A stretch of 64,000 bases of DNA, taken from Anaerohalosphaeraceae bacterium (GTDB taxonomy: Bacteria; Planctomycetota; Phycisphaerae; Sedimentisphaerales; Anaerohalosphaeraceae). The DNA is taken from positions 32,001 to 96,000 of the forward strand of contig CAXXSL010000008.1 of the NCBI GenBank assembly GCA_963675525.2, read 5' to 3'. The translations under genes and the position numbers were made by a program. The notes under the pieces are model-generated. The model saw only the letters and a program-made list of their open reading frames with translations, had not been told where the DNA came from and searched no databases. How positions within the stretch are numbered: the stretch's first letter is position 1; the number at the start of each line of letters is the position of its first letter. Below are positions 22,313 to 33,347 of the stretch, piece by piece.

Positions 22313-24460
22313 TTATTGTGATTCGTCCGTCTTCGCATCATAAACGGATTCCATTTTTTCAATGTGCTCTTTCAGGGTTTCGTTGCCTTCGGGTTCATTG
22401 AGAAATTTACTTTGAGACCGTTCGTGGTCCGAAATCTTTTCCACATCCTCAACCGCCATCGCGACCTGTGGTGTCAGAAAAATCAACAATTCCGTTTTTT
22501 GATTGTCAACGACCGTTCGCTTAAACAGCCCGCCTAAAAGCGGCAAATCCCCTAATAGCGGCACTTTTTCGACGCTTTCCGTTTCTTCGTCCTGCATCAA
22601 ACCACCAATCACCACGGTCTTACCGTTCGGCACGGCCACGCGGCATTCCGCAGAACGGGTTGCGAAGATCGTTGCGTCCACGGATTCTGAGATTTGCACG
22701 GTATCGGCCAAGGCCGTTGTAATTTCAGGATTCACGTCCATGATCACCAGTCCGTCAATATTAATATTCGGCGTTACTTCCAGCGTAATACCGATGTTCT
22801 CATATTCGACGGTATTATTGACCGTTCCCTGGTCGGTTGTCTGGGAGTCAGTAATAAAGGGGTACCGCTGACCGACATTGATCGTCGCGGTCTGATTATT
22901 GCTGGTCATGATATACGGACGTGACAAGATATTCAACTGTCCTACCTCCTGCAGCGCTCGAAGCGTCACGGTTAAATCGCCTTCGATAATCTGTGAGGTA
23001 AGTCCCTCCGTTGGAAGCGGTGCATAATTGAATTCATTCAGAACTTTATCTCCGTTAGATTTTATATCTTCAAACTTCCATGAGACACCGATATCAGAAC
23101 CATCAGTTGTTGTCAACTCGGCGATCAGCACTTTAATGAGTACCTGCGGCGTCGGAATATCCAGTTCATCAATGATCTTTTTAATTTTTTCCCAGTTCTT
23201 CGAAGATGTCATCACGATCACGGCGTTTGTATCTTCGTCCGCCTCCATATAAACTTCATCCGAAACAGATCCTGAACTTGAATTATTATTACTGTTATTA
23301 TTCCCCTGCCTGCCGCCGCTGCTACCTCGGGTGTTTTGGTTATTGATATTCTGCAGTTCCTGAAACAGGTTGTTCAATTTTTCCATGATATTTGCGGCCT
23401 GCGCATATTTCAGTTTATACGTAAACAACTGGCGTTCTTCATCAGGATTGGCGTCCAGTTCCTTGACCACCTGCTCAATAACCACAAGAACATCCGCCGG
23501 GCCGCTGACCACAACTGCATTGGTCCTGTCATCCGAAGAAGCGATGACGGGAACATTCTGCGCGGCGCCGGAACCGCCGCCTTCCTGTTGATCCTGATTA
23601 TCTCTTCCCGGACCACCCCTTCTGCCCATCATCCGGATAAACGGATTTTGATTTTGATTATCACTCGAGCTGGTTTGCTGTTTAAAAACCTCGTTAATCA
23701 AATCGGCTGTTTGATCGGCATCGGCATATTTCAGCAAAAACACTTTCACATCGGCAACCGAAGACATCTGGGTATCAACCGATTTGATGATCTTGACCAA
23801 ACGTTTAATATTCGCTGTTGTATCGGTAATGATCAAACTGTTGCTGGCTTCGTTGGAAGTCAGCACCGCATAATCCGATATAAGCGGAACCAAATCCTCT
23901 CTGAGCCGGGTGGCATCGGCATATCGAACCGGAACAATATGCGTTACGACTTCATCACCTTCGGGAATCTTGTCAGGATCATTGCCAGAGGTAACCGGGA
24001 TATTCAGGTTCTTGGCTGAGCTAAGGGAAACCAGTTTCAAAGTCCGGCCGGTTCGGATAGCGGCATAGCCCTGCTCCTTAAGAACGGTTGTCAGCAATGC
24101 GACTACCTCGTCAATATTTAATGACTGCTTGCTGACCAGATTGACGCGGCCGGAGAGATAAGTGTCCGAAATAATAATCAGCCCTGCCTTTTCCGACAGG
24201 TAATCCAGCACATCGCTGACCAGCGCGTCCTGAAAATTCAGAATGATTTTAATGTCTTCAGGATTGACATTCTCAAACCTCTCATAATCCGGTTCCTCGT
24301 TATCCAATGCATTCGCATCAGCAACAATTGGCGGAGTAAGCGAATTCATCGATCCATTGGAGTCAGCGGATAAAACCTCATCCTCAACCGCATGTGTGAT
24401 TGCCGTCAATAACATCATGGTACATAGCAGTTTGACAAGGGAATGACTTTTATTAAACAT
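22313..24460 (-). CDS. gspD: Type II secretion secretin
   Basis: LNFQDA N0 domain, KYADA repeats, QVLIKVLIAE, ILSRPYIMT, VIGGL, KVPLLGDLPLLGGLFK, TELLIFLTP. Confidence 0.92.
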   Translation of the reverse strand: MFNKSHSLVKLLCTMMLLTAITHAVEDEVLSADSNGSMNSLTPPIVADANALDNEEPDYERFENVNPEDIKIILNFQDALVSDVLDYLSEKAGLIIISDTYLSGRVNLVSKQSLNIDEVVALLTTVLKEQGYAAIRTGRTLKLVSLSSAKNLNIPVTSGNDPDKIPEGDEVVTHIVPVRYADATRLREDLVPLISDYAVLTSNEASNSLIITDTTANIKRLVKIIKSVDTQMSSVADVKVFLLKYADADQTADLINEVFKQQTSSSDNQNQNPFIRMMGRRGGPGRDNQDQQEGGGSGAAQNVPVIASSDDRTNAVVVSGPADVLVVIEQVVKELDANPDEERQLFTYKLKYAQAANIMEKLNNLFQELQNINNQNTRGSSGGRQGNNNSNNNSSSGSVSDEVYMEADEDTNAVIVMTSSKNWEKIKKIIDELDIPTPQVLIKVLIAELTTTDGSDIGVSWKFEDIKSNGDKVLNEFNYAPLPTEGLTSQIIEGDLTVTLRALQEVGQLNILSRPYIMTSNNQTATINVGQRYPFITDSQTTDQGTVNNTVEYENIGITLEVTPNINIDGLVIMDVNPEITTALADTVQISESVDATIFATRSAECRVAVPNGKTVVIGGLMQDEETESVEKVPLLGDLPLLGGLFKRTVVDNQKTELLIFLTPQVAMAVEDVEKISDHERSQSKFLNEPEGNETLKEHIEKMESVYDAKTDESQ

Positions 24461-24485
24461 AATCGAGTTCCTTTAGGTTTTTACG

Positions 24486-25046
24486 TTAATTTCCAAGCTC
24501 GCTTTTTCTTCTTTCCATCAGCTTCTTCAAAATATCGTCTTCATCTCCGGCCGGCTTTTTCTCAGCCTGAACCTCCTCGGCCGGGGTGTCCGTTGTTTCC
24601 GTCTGGGACACTTCTGAGATAACGGTCGTCTCTTTCTTTCCGAATTCGGAACCGATCCTTATTTTCAGGGGCTGACCGTTTTTTTCAAAAATCACATAAT
24701 CGTATTTAATCTCCTTGATTTTGCCTTCCAGCAGATCCGTTCCGATCCGGGCCTTGATGGATTGGCCCGATACCTGCTCTTCGATAAAAGCTACCTTTTC
24801 CTGCCGTTCGGCGGCAATACCCCGCAACACATAGATCGACAAAACCTGTGTTGTCCGGACCCGCCCGGACCCGGCCTGCGTTTCCCTGGGAGGAAGCCGG
24901 TCTTTCGAAAAGATATTTCGTTCATAAATCACGTTATAAGCATCATAACTTTGGGCCCGCGGCTCGGTTTCGGCGGTAGAAACGGAAAACCCAACGCCAA
25001 TTGCCGTCATCACGCTCAACACCAATATCAACGTTATCATTTTCAT
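24486..25046 (-). CDS. GspC-like T2SS protein
   Basis: N-terminal TM, RNIF motif, VLRGI...AFIEE; position before gspD. Confidence 0.6.
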   Translation of the reverse strand: MKMITLILVLSVMTAIGVGFSVSTAETEPRAQSYDAYNVIYERNIFSKDRLPPRETQAGSGRVRTTQVLSIYVLRGIAAERQEKVAFIEEQVSGQSIKARIGTDLLEGKIKEIKYDYVIFEKNGQPLKIRIGSEFGKKETTVISEVSQTETTDTPAEEVQAEKKPAGDEDDILKKLMERRKSELGN

Positions 25047-25047
25047 T

Positions 25048-25596
25048 TTACGATCCCTTTTTCGCTTCGGGTTGCTTTTGAGTGTACACGGTCGACAATT
25101 CGATCTGAACGGTCATGGTGTCTGCCTTTTCATTCTTAGATCCCAATTGATACGACTTGATCTTCAACGGAATCTGAGCCGTTTCCATCTCCCACAAAAA
25201 CCGGGTAACCGAGGCCATGCTGCCTGTTCCCGACAACACAAACTCAATTTCTCCGAGGTTGCCGTCACCTGACAATCGATCCGGCTGGATCGAACCCAAT
25301 TCCAAGCCTGAACGGCCGGAAGAATCTTCGATATACCGGTACACCATCGCTTCAGCCTTTTGAATATCCGTGTCCAGTCCATTGTCCTGCATTTGAGCCC
25401 ATCGCTGCTGCTGAAGTTTTTTTCGTTCCAGGATCATCAGGGACTGTTCCACCTCGGCTTCTAGCTGCTGCCGTGTTTGCCGGGCCTCGGTGCGTTTCAC
25501 AAGGATGGGCGTAAAAACATACTGATACAAAACCAGAAACACAACGGAACTGATCGCAAGAATCATTATTTTTCGTTCTCGAACTGTCAGCGCCAT
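25048..25596 (-). CDS. gspM: GspM/PilO-like T2SS inner membrane protein
   Basis: LTVRERK-TM-coiled coil-ferredoxin-like pattern; operon position. Confidence 0.65.
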   Translation of the reverse strand: MALTVRERKIMILAISSVVFLVLYQYVFTPILVKRTEARQTRQQLEAEVEQSLMILERKKLQQQRWAQMQDNGLDTDIQKAEAMVYRYIEDSSGRSGLELGSIQPDRLSGDGNLGEIEFVLSGTGSMASVTRFLWEMETAQIPLKIKSYQLGSKNEKADTMTVQIELSTVYTQKQPEAKKGS

Positions 25597-25597
25597 C

Positions 25598-26974
25598 TTA
25601 TTGCTCCCCTCGACAATGGAAATTAATTGCAAACGTCATCACATCCGTATCCTTGCCCATTTTTCGTATATACAGAAGTTTGATATCCCTGAACAGGGGA
25701 TTTGATTTCAGTGCATCCACGACATCAAGAATGACATTTTCCGATGTTGCCCGCCCTGTAATAATCTGGTTAAATGATTCATCCACTCCTAAACTGGTCA
25801 GCCAGATATCGCTGCTTCGGGGAAACAACAGCGTTAACTGCCGCAGATTTTCGAGATGAACCGGCTCCGGCTGAAACCACTGGCGTGCATAAGCAACCTG
25901 ATCGATCATCGCTCGGGCTTCAGTAACATTTTGACTCATGGAATCCAACTGTTGCCGGTATTGCTTAATCGCATTAAGGTCAGAATGCCAGCGGTAAAAA
26001 TAAATACCCAGGACTAACACGACTAGAGCAGCGACCATTGCCATGCGATGCAGCCAAAGGCGGGGTATTTTAGATTTTTCTTCCTGATGATGACCATTCA
26101 GCAAATTGATCTGAACCGGCCTGGCTCTCATCGCATGCTCCGCCAACTGCGCCCCCAGGTCATAGAGCATGTTCGATGACGCCAACGCACCGGCCGCAGT
26201 GATCTCCTGTTGTTGGGGATGATCAAAAAACTTACTGAGTCTATCGCAAAATTCACGATCATTCGTCCAGCAATAAATATTCGGAGTTTCTGCTTTCGTC
26301 AAAAGTGAACTCAGACAGTGATTGACCTGCCGATATATTTTTCCAGCCAGATCAGAATTACCATGATCCGATTGTGTTTTCGATATATTCAGCATCCCCT
26401 TTAAGTCTTTGTTGTGGAAGATAAAAACCTCCACCGACTTCGGGTACTCAACGAGATGGCAGTCCCAATTTTCAGTGGTCTTAAAGTCATTTCCAAGCGA
26501 TGTGGCCGTCAGTTGAACGGGACTGATTTTCACGCTGTCAAGAAGCGATTTAATTTCACTGACCACCCTTTTTAATGTGACAAACGCCAGCGTTGTATCA
26601 CTGTTGAGACCCGCTCGCTTCCAATAATCAAATAGGATATCGGAAAAATCCATCTCCAGCTTATGTTCAAGATGGATCTTGATTGTTTCGTAAAGCATCT
26701 CGCGATCGGGCATCGGAGGAATCGTCAGTAAGGTTGACATAATATGTTTGGCTGAAATCCCCACGACCGCCCGTTTTCCCCTGAAGCCGTGCTCTTTCAA
26801 AAAAGCAGCGAAGTGCGGCTGTACGGAAGCCGCCTTTTCAACGGTAACACCCTCCGGCATCATAAACTCTGCACTCCGGCAGAGCCGGCATGAATCTCCC
26901 GAAGACTCAACCTGGCAAACGGCAATTGTCTGCTCATAGAAAACGATGCCAAGCATATTTCGATTCTGTTTCAT
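25598..26974 (-). CDS. gspL: GspL-like (PilM-PilN fusion-type) T2SS protein
   Basis: Cytoplasmic actin-like region, INLL motif, TM, IWLTSL...ITGRA PilN-like domain. Confidence 0.65.
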   Translation of the reverse strand: MKQNRNMLGIVFYEQTIAVCQVESSGDSCRLCRSAEFMMPEGVTVEKAASVQPHFAAFLKEHGFRGKRAVVGISAKHIMSTLLTIPPMPDREMLYETIKIHLEHKLEMDFSDILFDYWKRAGLNSDTTLAFVTLKRVVSEIKSLLDSVKISPVQLTATSLGNDFKTTENWDCHLVEYPKSVEVFIFHNKDLKGMLNISKTQSDHGNSDLAGKIYRQVNHCLSSLLTKAETPNIYCWTNDREFCDRLSKFFDHPQQQEITAAGALASSNMLYDLGAQLAEHAMRARPVQINLLNGHHQEEKSKIPRLWLHRMAMVAALVVLVLGIYFYRWHSDLNAIKQYRQQLDSMSQNVTEARAMIDQVAYARQWFQPEPVHLENLRQLTLLFPRSSDIWLTSLGVDESFNQIITGRATSENVILDVVDALKSNPLFRDIKLLYIRKMGKDTDVMTFAINFHCRGEQ

Positions 26975-26990
26975 GAACACTCTTTTCAAT

Positions 26991-28334
26991 TTAAAGTTCG
27001 ATTCCCTGCCGCAACGATTCCAGAATTTCCGGGTCCAAGGGCCAGCCCAATTGATGCAGTGATTGTTTATAAACCACGGTCGGCGTTCCCTGGGCGGTAT
27101 CAATCACCACGTAATAACGGCAAAAGGCCCTGCCGTCATCGCTGACGGCGATAATATCCGCCGAATACTGAGATGACCGTGTTGTGATAAAACGACCGAT
27201 CGCCAGGGCTTTTTCCTCGCCCAGCACACGGGTCACCCACAAAATACTGTCAAGCGATTCGCTGGCTCCATCACGCTCACGGATCAATGCGTCCACATCA
27301 CTTTGCTCCAGGCCCGGCAGGCACAACAGGACTTCCTCAGGGGCGGCGTTCACATTAATCCGGCCCGTCGTCATTTCTTCCCCATCAACCGTCAAACGAT
27401 CGATGATCTTGGCAAAGTCACCATACTCCATCTTTGTAACATAATAAAACTGGATCAGATTTTCATACCGAATCGGTGCCGTTGGGATATTAGACAATAT
27501 CTGCAGTGCCTTGTTTTCACCAAACGTTTCTTCAAGAAGCTGGGCAAGCTGACCGCGATTTTGCACACGGCTGACATTAATGCGTTGCCGGCCCTGGCCG
27601 TCTGTATTCATTTCATAGCTGTGAATCGTCACATAGTTGAAAAAACCCGGGTCCAGCCGGCCGTTGCTGTTATCCGAAGGCAGCGATTTCTGCCCGTCAT
27701 TTTCATTCCAATCCAGCATTCCGTTTCGGTTCGTATCTTCCCCGTAAAGCAGTTCCAGTCGGCCGCCTTTAACCAGTAAAACCTCCTCTACGGTTTCCAA
27801 TAGAGCGTTTTTGCATTGATACGGTTCGGATAAAAGTAAATAATACTCCCCTTCGGCACCGCCGGCAGACACATCCTGGTCTTCATCTTTCCAATCCATA
27901 ATAGAATTGGCCAATTCGGAAGTCATCCCCGGCAGTTTCAACATCGTTTCCAAAGAGACCTCGTTCAGGTTTATTTTTCCTGCCTCATCAACCAAGCCAA
28001 ACGAATAGTCACGGCTTTCAGAGAGATTGGGACGCAATATCCAAAAGTAGCCTTCGCCCACATGCATCGCCTCATAGGGATTGGCCCCATAACTAACCGT
28101 CGAATCATCTTCGCTTCCCAATTTGGCAAATGCATAATGAATAGCGCCATTGGCAACCGCTTCTGCTTTGACCTGTGCTATATGGTTAGAGGACGCCATC
28201 GCCTCCACACGGACACCATGCGCAAGAACAATAACCAGACTGGCCAGAACCAGCGTGATCCAGATCACCACGATTAACACCGTTCCGCCGGAATGCCGGG
28301 GCATAATATTCGGTTTTTTCTTGTGGTTACCCAT
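26991..28334 (-). CDS. gspK: Minor pseudopilin GspK
   Basis: GTVLIVVIW, DEAGKINLN, IMDWKDED, EEVLLVKG, GRINVNAAPEEVL. Confidence 0.88.
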   Translation of the reverse strand: MGNHKKKPNIMPRHSGGTVLIVVIWITLVLASLVIVLAHGVRVEAMASSNHIAQVKAEAVANGAIHYAFAKLGSEDDSTVSYGANPYEAMHVGEGYFWILRPNLSESRDYSFGLVDEAGKINLNEVSLETMLKLPGMTSELANSIMDWKDEDQDVSAGGAEGEYYLLLSEPYQCKNALLETVEEVLLVKGGRLELLYGEDTNRNGMLDWNENDGQKSLPSDNSNGRLDPGFFNYVTIHSYEMNTDGQGRQRINVSRVQNRGQLAQLLEETFGENKALQILSNIPTAPIRYENLIQFYYVTKMEYGDFAKIIDRLTVDGEEMTTGRINVNAAPEEVLLCLPGLEQSDVDALIRERDGASESLDSILWVTRVLGEEKALAIGRFITTRSSQYSADIIAVSDDGRAFCRYYVVIDTAQGTPTVVYKQSLHQLGWPLDPEILESLRQGIEL

Positions 28335-29046
28335 TTTGTTGTAAACCTGCTCCGCCGCCTTCCTGAGCTTCCTGGTTGGCAAACGGAAGCATGAAAATCC
28401 GTTTAAAATTCCTGTAACCGTCATCATCAGCCTGAGGCGATCTGTTTTTTTCTTCCTCGAAAATGGTCAGTGTCACCTGAACTCCCCACGGCAGGGTTTG
28501 ATCATTGCTGCTCGAATCCCAGTTCTCCAGCCACGAACTCCCGTCAAAATATTGAATGTCAAAACCGGCAAGTCCCCTGCAAATAACTTCTTCTTCAGGC
28601 TCGACTGTACTGGGAGATAATAAATTTTTTGTCATCAGACGCTTCAGCACAACTTGTCCACGCTCGGCGTCCTGCTCCAGAACATAGGCGATATTGACCA
28701 CGTTGCTGGCAGTCTCATCCTCCTCATCCGGATAATAGCCGCAACTGTAAAAACTCAGCATATCCGCATCCTGCCGATCGCGCCATGAAACATCTTCACC
28801 GACAAACACACCGGCTAAAATACCATCGGGCTTCAGGGCATTCGACAAATCCTTTCGGATGAACTCAAAAGCAGGCAGCACCGTCTGATAAGGTTTGAGC
28901 GTCCGCCGGGTGATGGTTTTGGTCCTGAAACCAATGTACATACTCGAATATAACGTCAGCGCAATGATATCCATCAATGCGATCGCAATGAGTAATTCCA
29001 AAAGGGTAAAACCCTTTGAACTTTTTTTTGTCCGGTTATTGTGCAT
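28327..29046 (-). CDS. gspJ: Minor pseudopilin GspJ
   Basis: KGFTLLELLIAI; YFDGSSWLENW...LPWGVQVTL. Confidence 0.82.
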   Translation of the reverse strand: MHNNRTKKSSKGFTLLELLIAIALMDIIALTLYSSMYIGFRTKTITRRTLKPYQTVLPAFEFIRKDLSNALKPDGILAGVFVGEDVSWRDRQDADMLSFYSCGYYPDEEDETASNVVNIAYVLEQDAERGQVVLKRLMTKNLLSPSTVEPEEEVICRGLAGFDIQYFDGSSWLENWDSSSNDQTLPWGVQVTLTIFEEEKNRSPQADDDGYRNFKRIFMLPFANQEAQEGGGAGLQQNG

Positions 29047-29428
29047 TGTAAACCAGCGTTGATAATGTAATTTCCTTGTAACGTCCCCGCTGTTCCCAAA
29101 AAACGGTCACATCCACTTGTTTTAAGCCCGATTCCGTCCAGTTCGCAGCATCCATCGTCCATTCATAGTCCTCGTTATCCTCAAAAACACCCGACTTGGT
29201 GCCGTCCTTCCAGTCCTCCTGCAAAAGAATTTCGGCCAGTTTTGCCTCCGCCTGGTCAAGCGCTTCATATTTTCTGGCTGTTTCTGAGGTAACGATCGTT
29301 ACCAGCGACAACCCCTTCATCACCGCCGGCAGCACTAACGCGATCAGCACCAGCGCCGCGAGGATCTCCATCAGCGTAAATCCGGCAGACCCTGCCATAC
29401 GGCTATTATTTATATTGTCTTTGGCCAT
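29036..29428 (-). CDS. gspI: Minor pseudopilin GspI
   Basis: AGFTLMEILAAL prepilin motif; start uncertain (29428 or 29398). Confidence 0.78.
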   Translation of the reverse strand: MAKDNINNSRMAGSAGFTLMEILAALVLIALVLPAVMKGLSLVTIVTSETARKYEALDQAEAKLAEILLQEDWKDGTKSGVFEDNEDYEWTMDAANWTESGLKQVDVTVFWEQRGRYKEITLSTLVYNAQ

Positions 29429-29924
29429 CGACATACTCAACAATTTCATAGTATTCCGAGGGGCTTTCACAGGCCACCTCCATGAGTTTGCCCCGGTTGT
29501 CTTTCAGCAGGACCGAACCGGCCCGCGAATAGCCTTCGGGATTAAATTCAAAATAATAAATGCCGTCTTCTTTTGTGACACCCTCAAAAATCAACTCCAT
29601 TTCCGAAGGGATCAAAAAATCATTCCCGAAATTATTTTTCAGCGGCTCATACTGACTTTCGGTCAGGCTGGATATCCAGCAGCGGTTTTGGTCTGGGTCG
29701 AAATTGACACGGTAATACCGGCTGCCGAAAACCGACTGAACTTTGGCGTAACGCGTCATCGCCAGGATATAATCGCTGACATCATTCAGCTGACTGGATG
29801 AAAAAAAGCCTCTCAGTGATGGCGCGGCCATCGCCAGCACCGTTGACAGAATGATCATGATCAGGATCAACTCCAGCAGCGTAAATGCCCTGGCTCTAAC
29901 GGGATGACCTTTGGACTCCGTCAT
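29406..29924 (-). CDS. gspH: Minor pseudopilin GspH
   Basis: RAFTLLELILIM; FNPEG. Confidence 0.78.
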   Translation of the reverse strand: MTESKGHPVRARAFTLLELILIMIILSTVLAMAAPSLRGFFSSSQLNDVSDYILAMTRYAKVQSVFGSRYYRVNFDPDQNRCWISSLTESQYEPLKNNFGNDFLIPSEMELIFEGVTKEDGIYYFEFNPEGYSRAGSVLLKDNRGKLMEVACESPSEYYEIVEYVDGQRQYK

Positions 29925-29927
29925 GGC

Positions 29928-30356
29928 CTACTGATCTTCGCTCCAGTTCTTAATATCGTCCTCGGTGCTCTGGACCATATCCGGCCCGAATGAATACAGG
30001 TCATATCCGTGCTCATTGTGCTGGCCCGGCTGCTTATACACATATTCATTGCCCCACGGGTCTTTGGGGACACCGCGTTTCAGATAGGGGCCGTCCCAGT
30101 CTTCCGCATTCGACGGCTCCTCGATAAGGGCCCGGATCCCCTCACTATTGGTCGGATAGCGTCCCATGTGAATCTCAAACGTATCGATAGCCAACTCCAG
30201 CGTTGAAATATCCGACTTGGCGGCAATCACTTTGGCCTTTTTGCTTTGCCCGGTAAATTTCGGAACGATCAGCGATGCCAGAACAGCCAAAATTACCACC
30301 ACCAGCATCAATTCGATCAACGTAAAACCCCGTTTTTGTCTATTACTTCTGTTCAT
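29928..30356 (-). CDS. gspG: Major pseudopilin GspG
   Basis: RGFTLIELMLVV, GRYPT, WDGPYL, PKDPWGNEY, SFGPD. Confidence 0.93.
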   Translation of the reverse strand: MNRSNRQKRGFTLIELMLVVVILAVLASLIVPKFTGQSKKAKVIAAKSDISTLELAIDTFEIHMGRYPTNSEGIRALIEEPSNAEDWDGPYLKRGVPKDPWGNEYVYKQPGQHNEHGYDLYSFGPDMVQSTEDDIKNWSEDQ

Positions 30357-30373
30357 CTGACTTTCTCCTTGAA

Positions 30374-31585
30374 TCATTGACTCATCAGGTCTTGTAAATT
30401 AAAGATCGGCAGCAGCATACCGATGACAATCGTTCCCACAAATACCGCCATAAAAAATAACATCGCCGGCTCAACAAAGGATACGGTTGTCTTGAGATTC
30501 CGGTCCAGCTCCATCTCATTAACCTCTGCAAGACGACTGAGCTCCTCGCCGAGTCGGGAGCTTTCTTCGGCTACTGAGATCATTTCAATATTGGCGCCCG
30601 AAAAAAGCTTCGGACAGTTCCGAAGTCCCTGCGACAGCGGCACTCCCTTACGGATCTTCTCAATCGCATCGTTCATCGCCGCCGCCAGTGTCCGATTACC
30701 GATCGCCTCTTTGGCAACATGCAGTGCCGTCAGCAACGGTACCCCCGCATTGATAAGCGTTCCCAACATGCGGGCAAATCGGACAAACGCAAATCGCGCG
30801 GTCAATTTCCCCAGGATCGGCATGTCCAAAATCCATCGCTCAAACGCCGCCTGACCTTCTTGACGCTGGAGATATGTTCTGATCATTAAGACAAACAGCA
30901 CGACTGCCGCGATAAGGATGAACCAGTACTTGACCACCAACCCGCTGGCCGTGACGATCCACTGCGTTAATGTCGGAAGCGATCCGCCAAACTCGGCAAA
31001 AATCGAAGAAAACCGCGGAATAAAATAAATCAGCAAAAAGACTAAAATACAGAGTGCAAGAAACGTTAAGATCACCGGATAGATCAGCGCCGATTGAACC
31101 CGGCTCTTGAGGTCCTGTTCGCGCGACCGGAAATTGGCGATTTGCTCCAGTACCAATTCCAGAAATCCGCCCGTTTCCCCCGCCTGAACCATCGCCACAT
31201 AAATCGTGGAAAAATACTTCGGCCATTGCCGCAATGCATCGGCCAGACTCATACCGTTAGACACATTATCGTGCACATCCTGCCACAATTTTTTGGCCGC
31301 CGGCTTGGACGACTCACGGCTCAATATCGTCAGGGCTTTGCTCAACGACAAGCCCGCCGCCAGAAGATTGCCGAGTTCACGGGTGAAGGATTCGATATCT
31401 TTACGGGTCAGGCGTCCCGAAAATCGCGGCGGTGTTTTTTGAACAACCGCTTGTTCTTCCACGTGCAACGGATTCAGTCCCCGTGAAAACAACTCCTCAA
31501 TCGCGTTCTTGCGCGAAGCGGAAACGACCGTATCGGAGACCGTATTGTCTTTTTCATCCAACGCTTTATAAACAAATATCGGCAT
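30374..31585 (-). CDS. gspF: T2SS platform protein GspF
   Basis: FTRELGNLLAAG, AGETGG, SALIYP, LINAGVPL, MLLPIF. Confidence 0.92.
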   Translation of the reverse strand: MPIFVYKALDEKDNTVSDTVVSASRKNAIEELFSRGLNPLHVEEQAVVQKTPPRFSGRLTRKDIESFTRELGNLLAAGLSLSKALTILSRESSKPAAKKLWQDVHDNVSNGMSLADALRQWPKYFSTIYVAMVQAGETGGFLELVLEQIANFRSREQDLKSRVQSALIYPVILTFLALCILVFLLIYFIPRFSSIFAEFGGSLPTLTQWIVTASGLVVKYWFILIAAVVLFVLMIRTYLQRQEGQAAFERWILDMPILGKLTARFAFVRFARMLGTLINAGVPLLTALHVAKEAIGNRTLAAAMNDAIEKIRKGVPLSQGLRNCPKLFSGANIEMISVAEESSRLGEELSRLAEVNEMELDRNLKTTVSFVEPAMLFFMAVFVGTIVIGMLLPIFNLQDLMSQ

Positions 31586-31590
31586 GGCTG

Positions 31591-33300
31591 TTACGCTTCC
31601 TCATAACTGCGGAACTCATCTTTTGTCACCCTGAAGACTTCTTCGATGGTTGTCTGACCTGCATGTAAATACCGGATGACATCCTGACGTAGATTCCGCA
31701 TGCCCTCTTTGCCCGCCTGTTGTCTGATCTGACGCGAGTCTACATTCTTCAAAAGCAGCGACCGTATCTCTTCGCTCACAACCATTTGTTCGAAGATACC
31801 CTTTCGTCCGAGATAGCCGCTCTGTTGACAATGTTGACAACCTGCACCCTTGTATAATGTTTCGGGAATGAGGTCGCCATACCGCTGCCGCAAAGGCTCC
31901 GTTTCATGTTCACCTACTGCCTGCTTGCATTCCGGGCAGATCAGGCGGATAAGCCGCTGAGCAATAACCGCCTCCAGCGATGAAGCGACCAGGTATGGCT
32001 CAATACCCATATCGACCAATCGGGTCAGTGCCCCGGGCGCATCATTCGTGTGAAGTGTCGAAAACACAAGGTGCCCGGTCAATGAAGCCTGCACGGCAAT
32101 TTCCGCCGTTTCAAGGTCACGAATTTCGCCGACCAGAATGACATCCGGATCATGACGAAGAATCGATCTGAGGCCGCGGGCGAATGACAGTCCGGTTTTA
32201 TTGGAGACCTGTATTTGATTGACCCCGTGAAGCTGATATTCGATCGGGTCTTCGATGGTTATAATCTTTCGCTCGATGTCATTGATTTGTGACAGTGCGG
32301 CATAAAGGGTTGTGGTCTTGCCGCTGCCGGTCGGTCCGGTAACCAGAATAATTCCATGCGGGCGTTTGATAATCTCTTCAAAAACGGCCAAATCCCGGTG
32401 GCCCATCCCGATCCTTTCCAGTCCCAGCAGAACAGAAGAGCAGTCCAGCAACCTTAAAACAACCGCCTCGCCATGCAGCATCGGAATAATCGAAACACGG
32501 ATATCCACTTCTTTGCCGGAAAGAAGAACCTTGATTCGACCATCCTGAGGAACCCGCTTTTCCGCGATATCCAGATGACTGAGAATCTTGATGCGGGAGA
32601 CAATGGCCGACTGAAACTGCTTGACTTTCGCCGGGATCACCGCTGCCTGGAGCACACCGTCAATCCGGTAGCGAACCTGCAGTTCATCCTCAAACGGCTC
32701 GATATGCACATCCGTTGCACGCATTTCGATCGCTTCGGTCAATATCTGGTTCACAAAGCGAATGATGGAGGCCCCTTCTGCGGAATCCGACAGTTCCAGG
32801 TCATCGTCTTCGATCTGGGTCAGGAACTGCAAACCACTGGCCTGAGCTTCATCCATCATCGTTTGAATGGTATCAGCTCCCAACCCCAGATATTTTTTTA
32901 TAAAACGTGAAATTTCCGCCTGCGGTGCCAATGCAATTTCTAACTCATACCCCGACACCAGCCGGAGCTGCTCGACACCTGACAAATCAAACGGATCAGA
33001 AATCACCGCATGGATACCGCCTCCCTCAAGCTGGATCGGGGCAATTTGCCTTTCCAGTAAGATCCGAGGCGAAAACTTCGAGAGTAGTTCCTTTGAAGAG
33101 GAATACCCGTCGAGGTTTTCAAGATACGGACACTGAAATTCATCCGCAAGATGCTTTAACAGTTGATCTTCGGACAACTGCCCCGACTGAAGCAAGGATT
33201 GGAGCATCGTGGCGCCTTCCGTCGGCTTTTCATGGATGTCCGAAAGATCAGACTCTTTCAGCAAACCCTTTTGCTGTAAGCTTGAGAGGATTCTGTTCAT
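31591..33300 (-). CDS. gspE: T2SS ATPase GspE
   Basis: TDVHIEP, LDIAEKRVPQDG, GPTGSGKTTT, LRHDPDVILVGEIRD, STLHTND, tetracysteine motif. Confidence 0.95.
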   Translation of the reverse strand: MNRILSSLQQKGLLKESDLSDIHEKPTEGATMLQSLLQSGQLSEDQLLKHLADEFQCPYLENLDGYSSSKELLSKFSPRILLERQIAPIQLEGGGIHAVISDPFDLSGVEQLRLVSGYELEIALAPQAEISRFIKKYLGLGADTIQTMMDEAQASGLQFLTQIEDDDLELSDSAEGASIIRFVNQILTEAIEMRATDVHIEPFEDELQVRYRIDGVLQAAVIPAKVKQFQSAIVSRIKILSHLDIAEKRVPQDGRIKVLLSGKEVDIRVSIIPMLHGEAVVLRLLDCSSVLLGLERIGMGHRDLAVFEEIIKRPHGIILVTGPTGSGKTTTLYAALSQINDIERKIITIEDPIEYQLHGVNQIQVSNKTGLSFARGLRSILRHDPDVILVGEIRDLETAEIAVQASLTGHLVFSTLHTNDAPGALTRLVDMGIEPYLVASSLEAVIAQRLIRLICPECKQAVGEHETEPLRQRYGDLIPETLYKGAGCQHCQQSGYLGRKGIFEQMVVSEEIRSLLLKNVDSRQIRQQAGKEGMRNLRQDVIRYLHAGQTTIEEVFRVTKDEFRSYEEA

Positions 33301-33347
33301 TTATGTTCTCGATCAACGATCACTCATTATTTTGAATGCCTGACTTG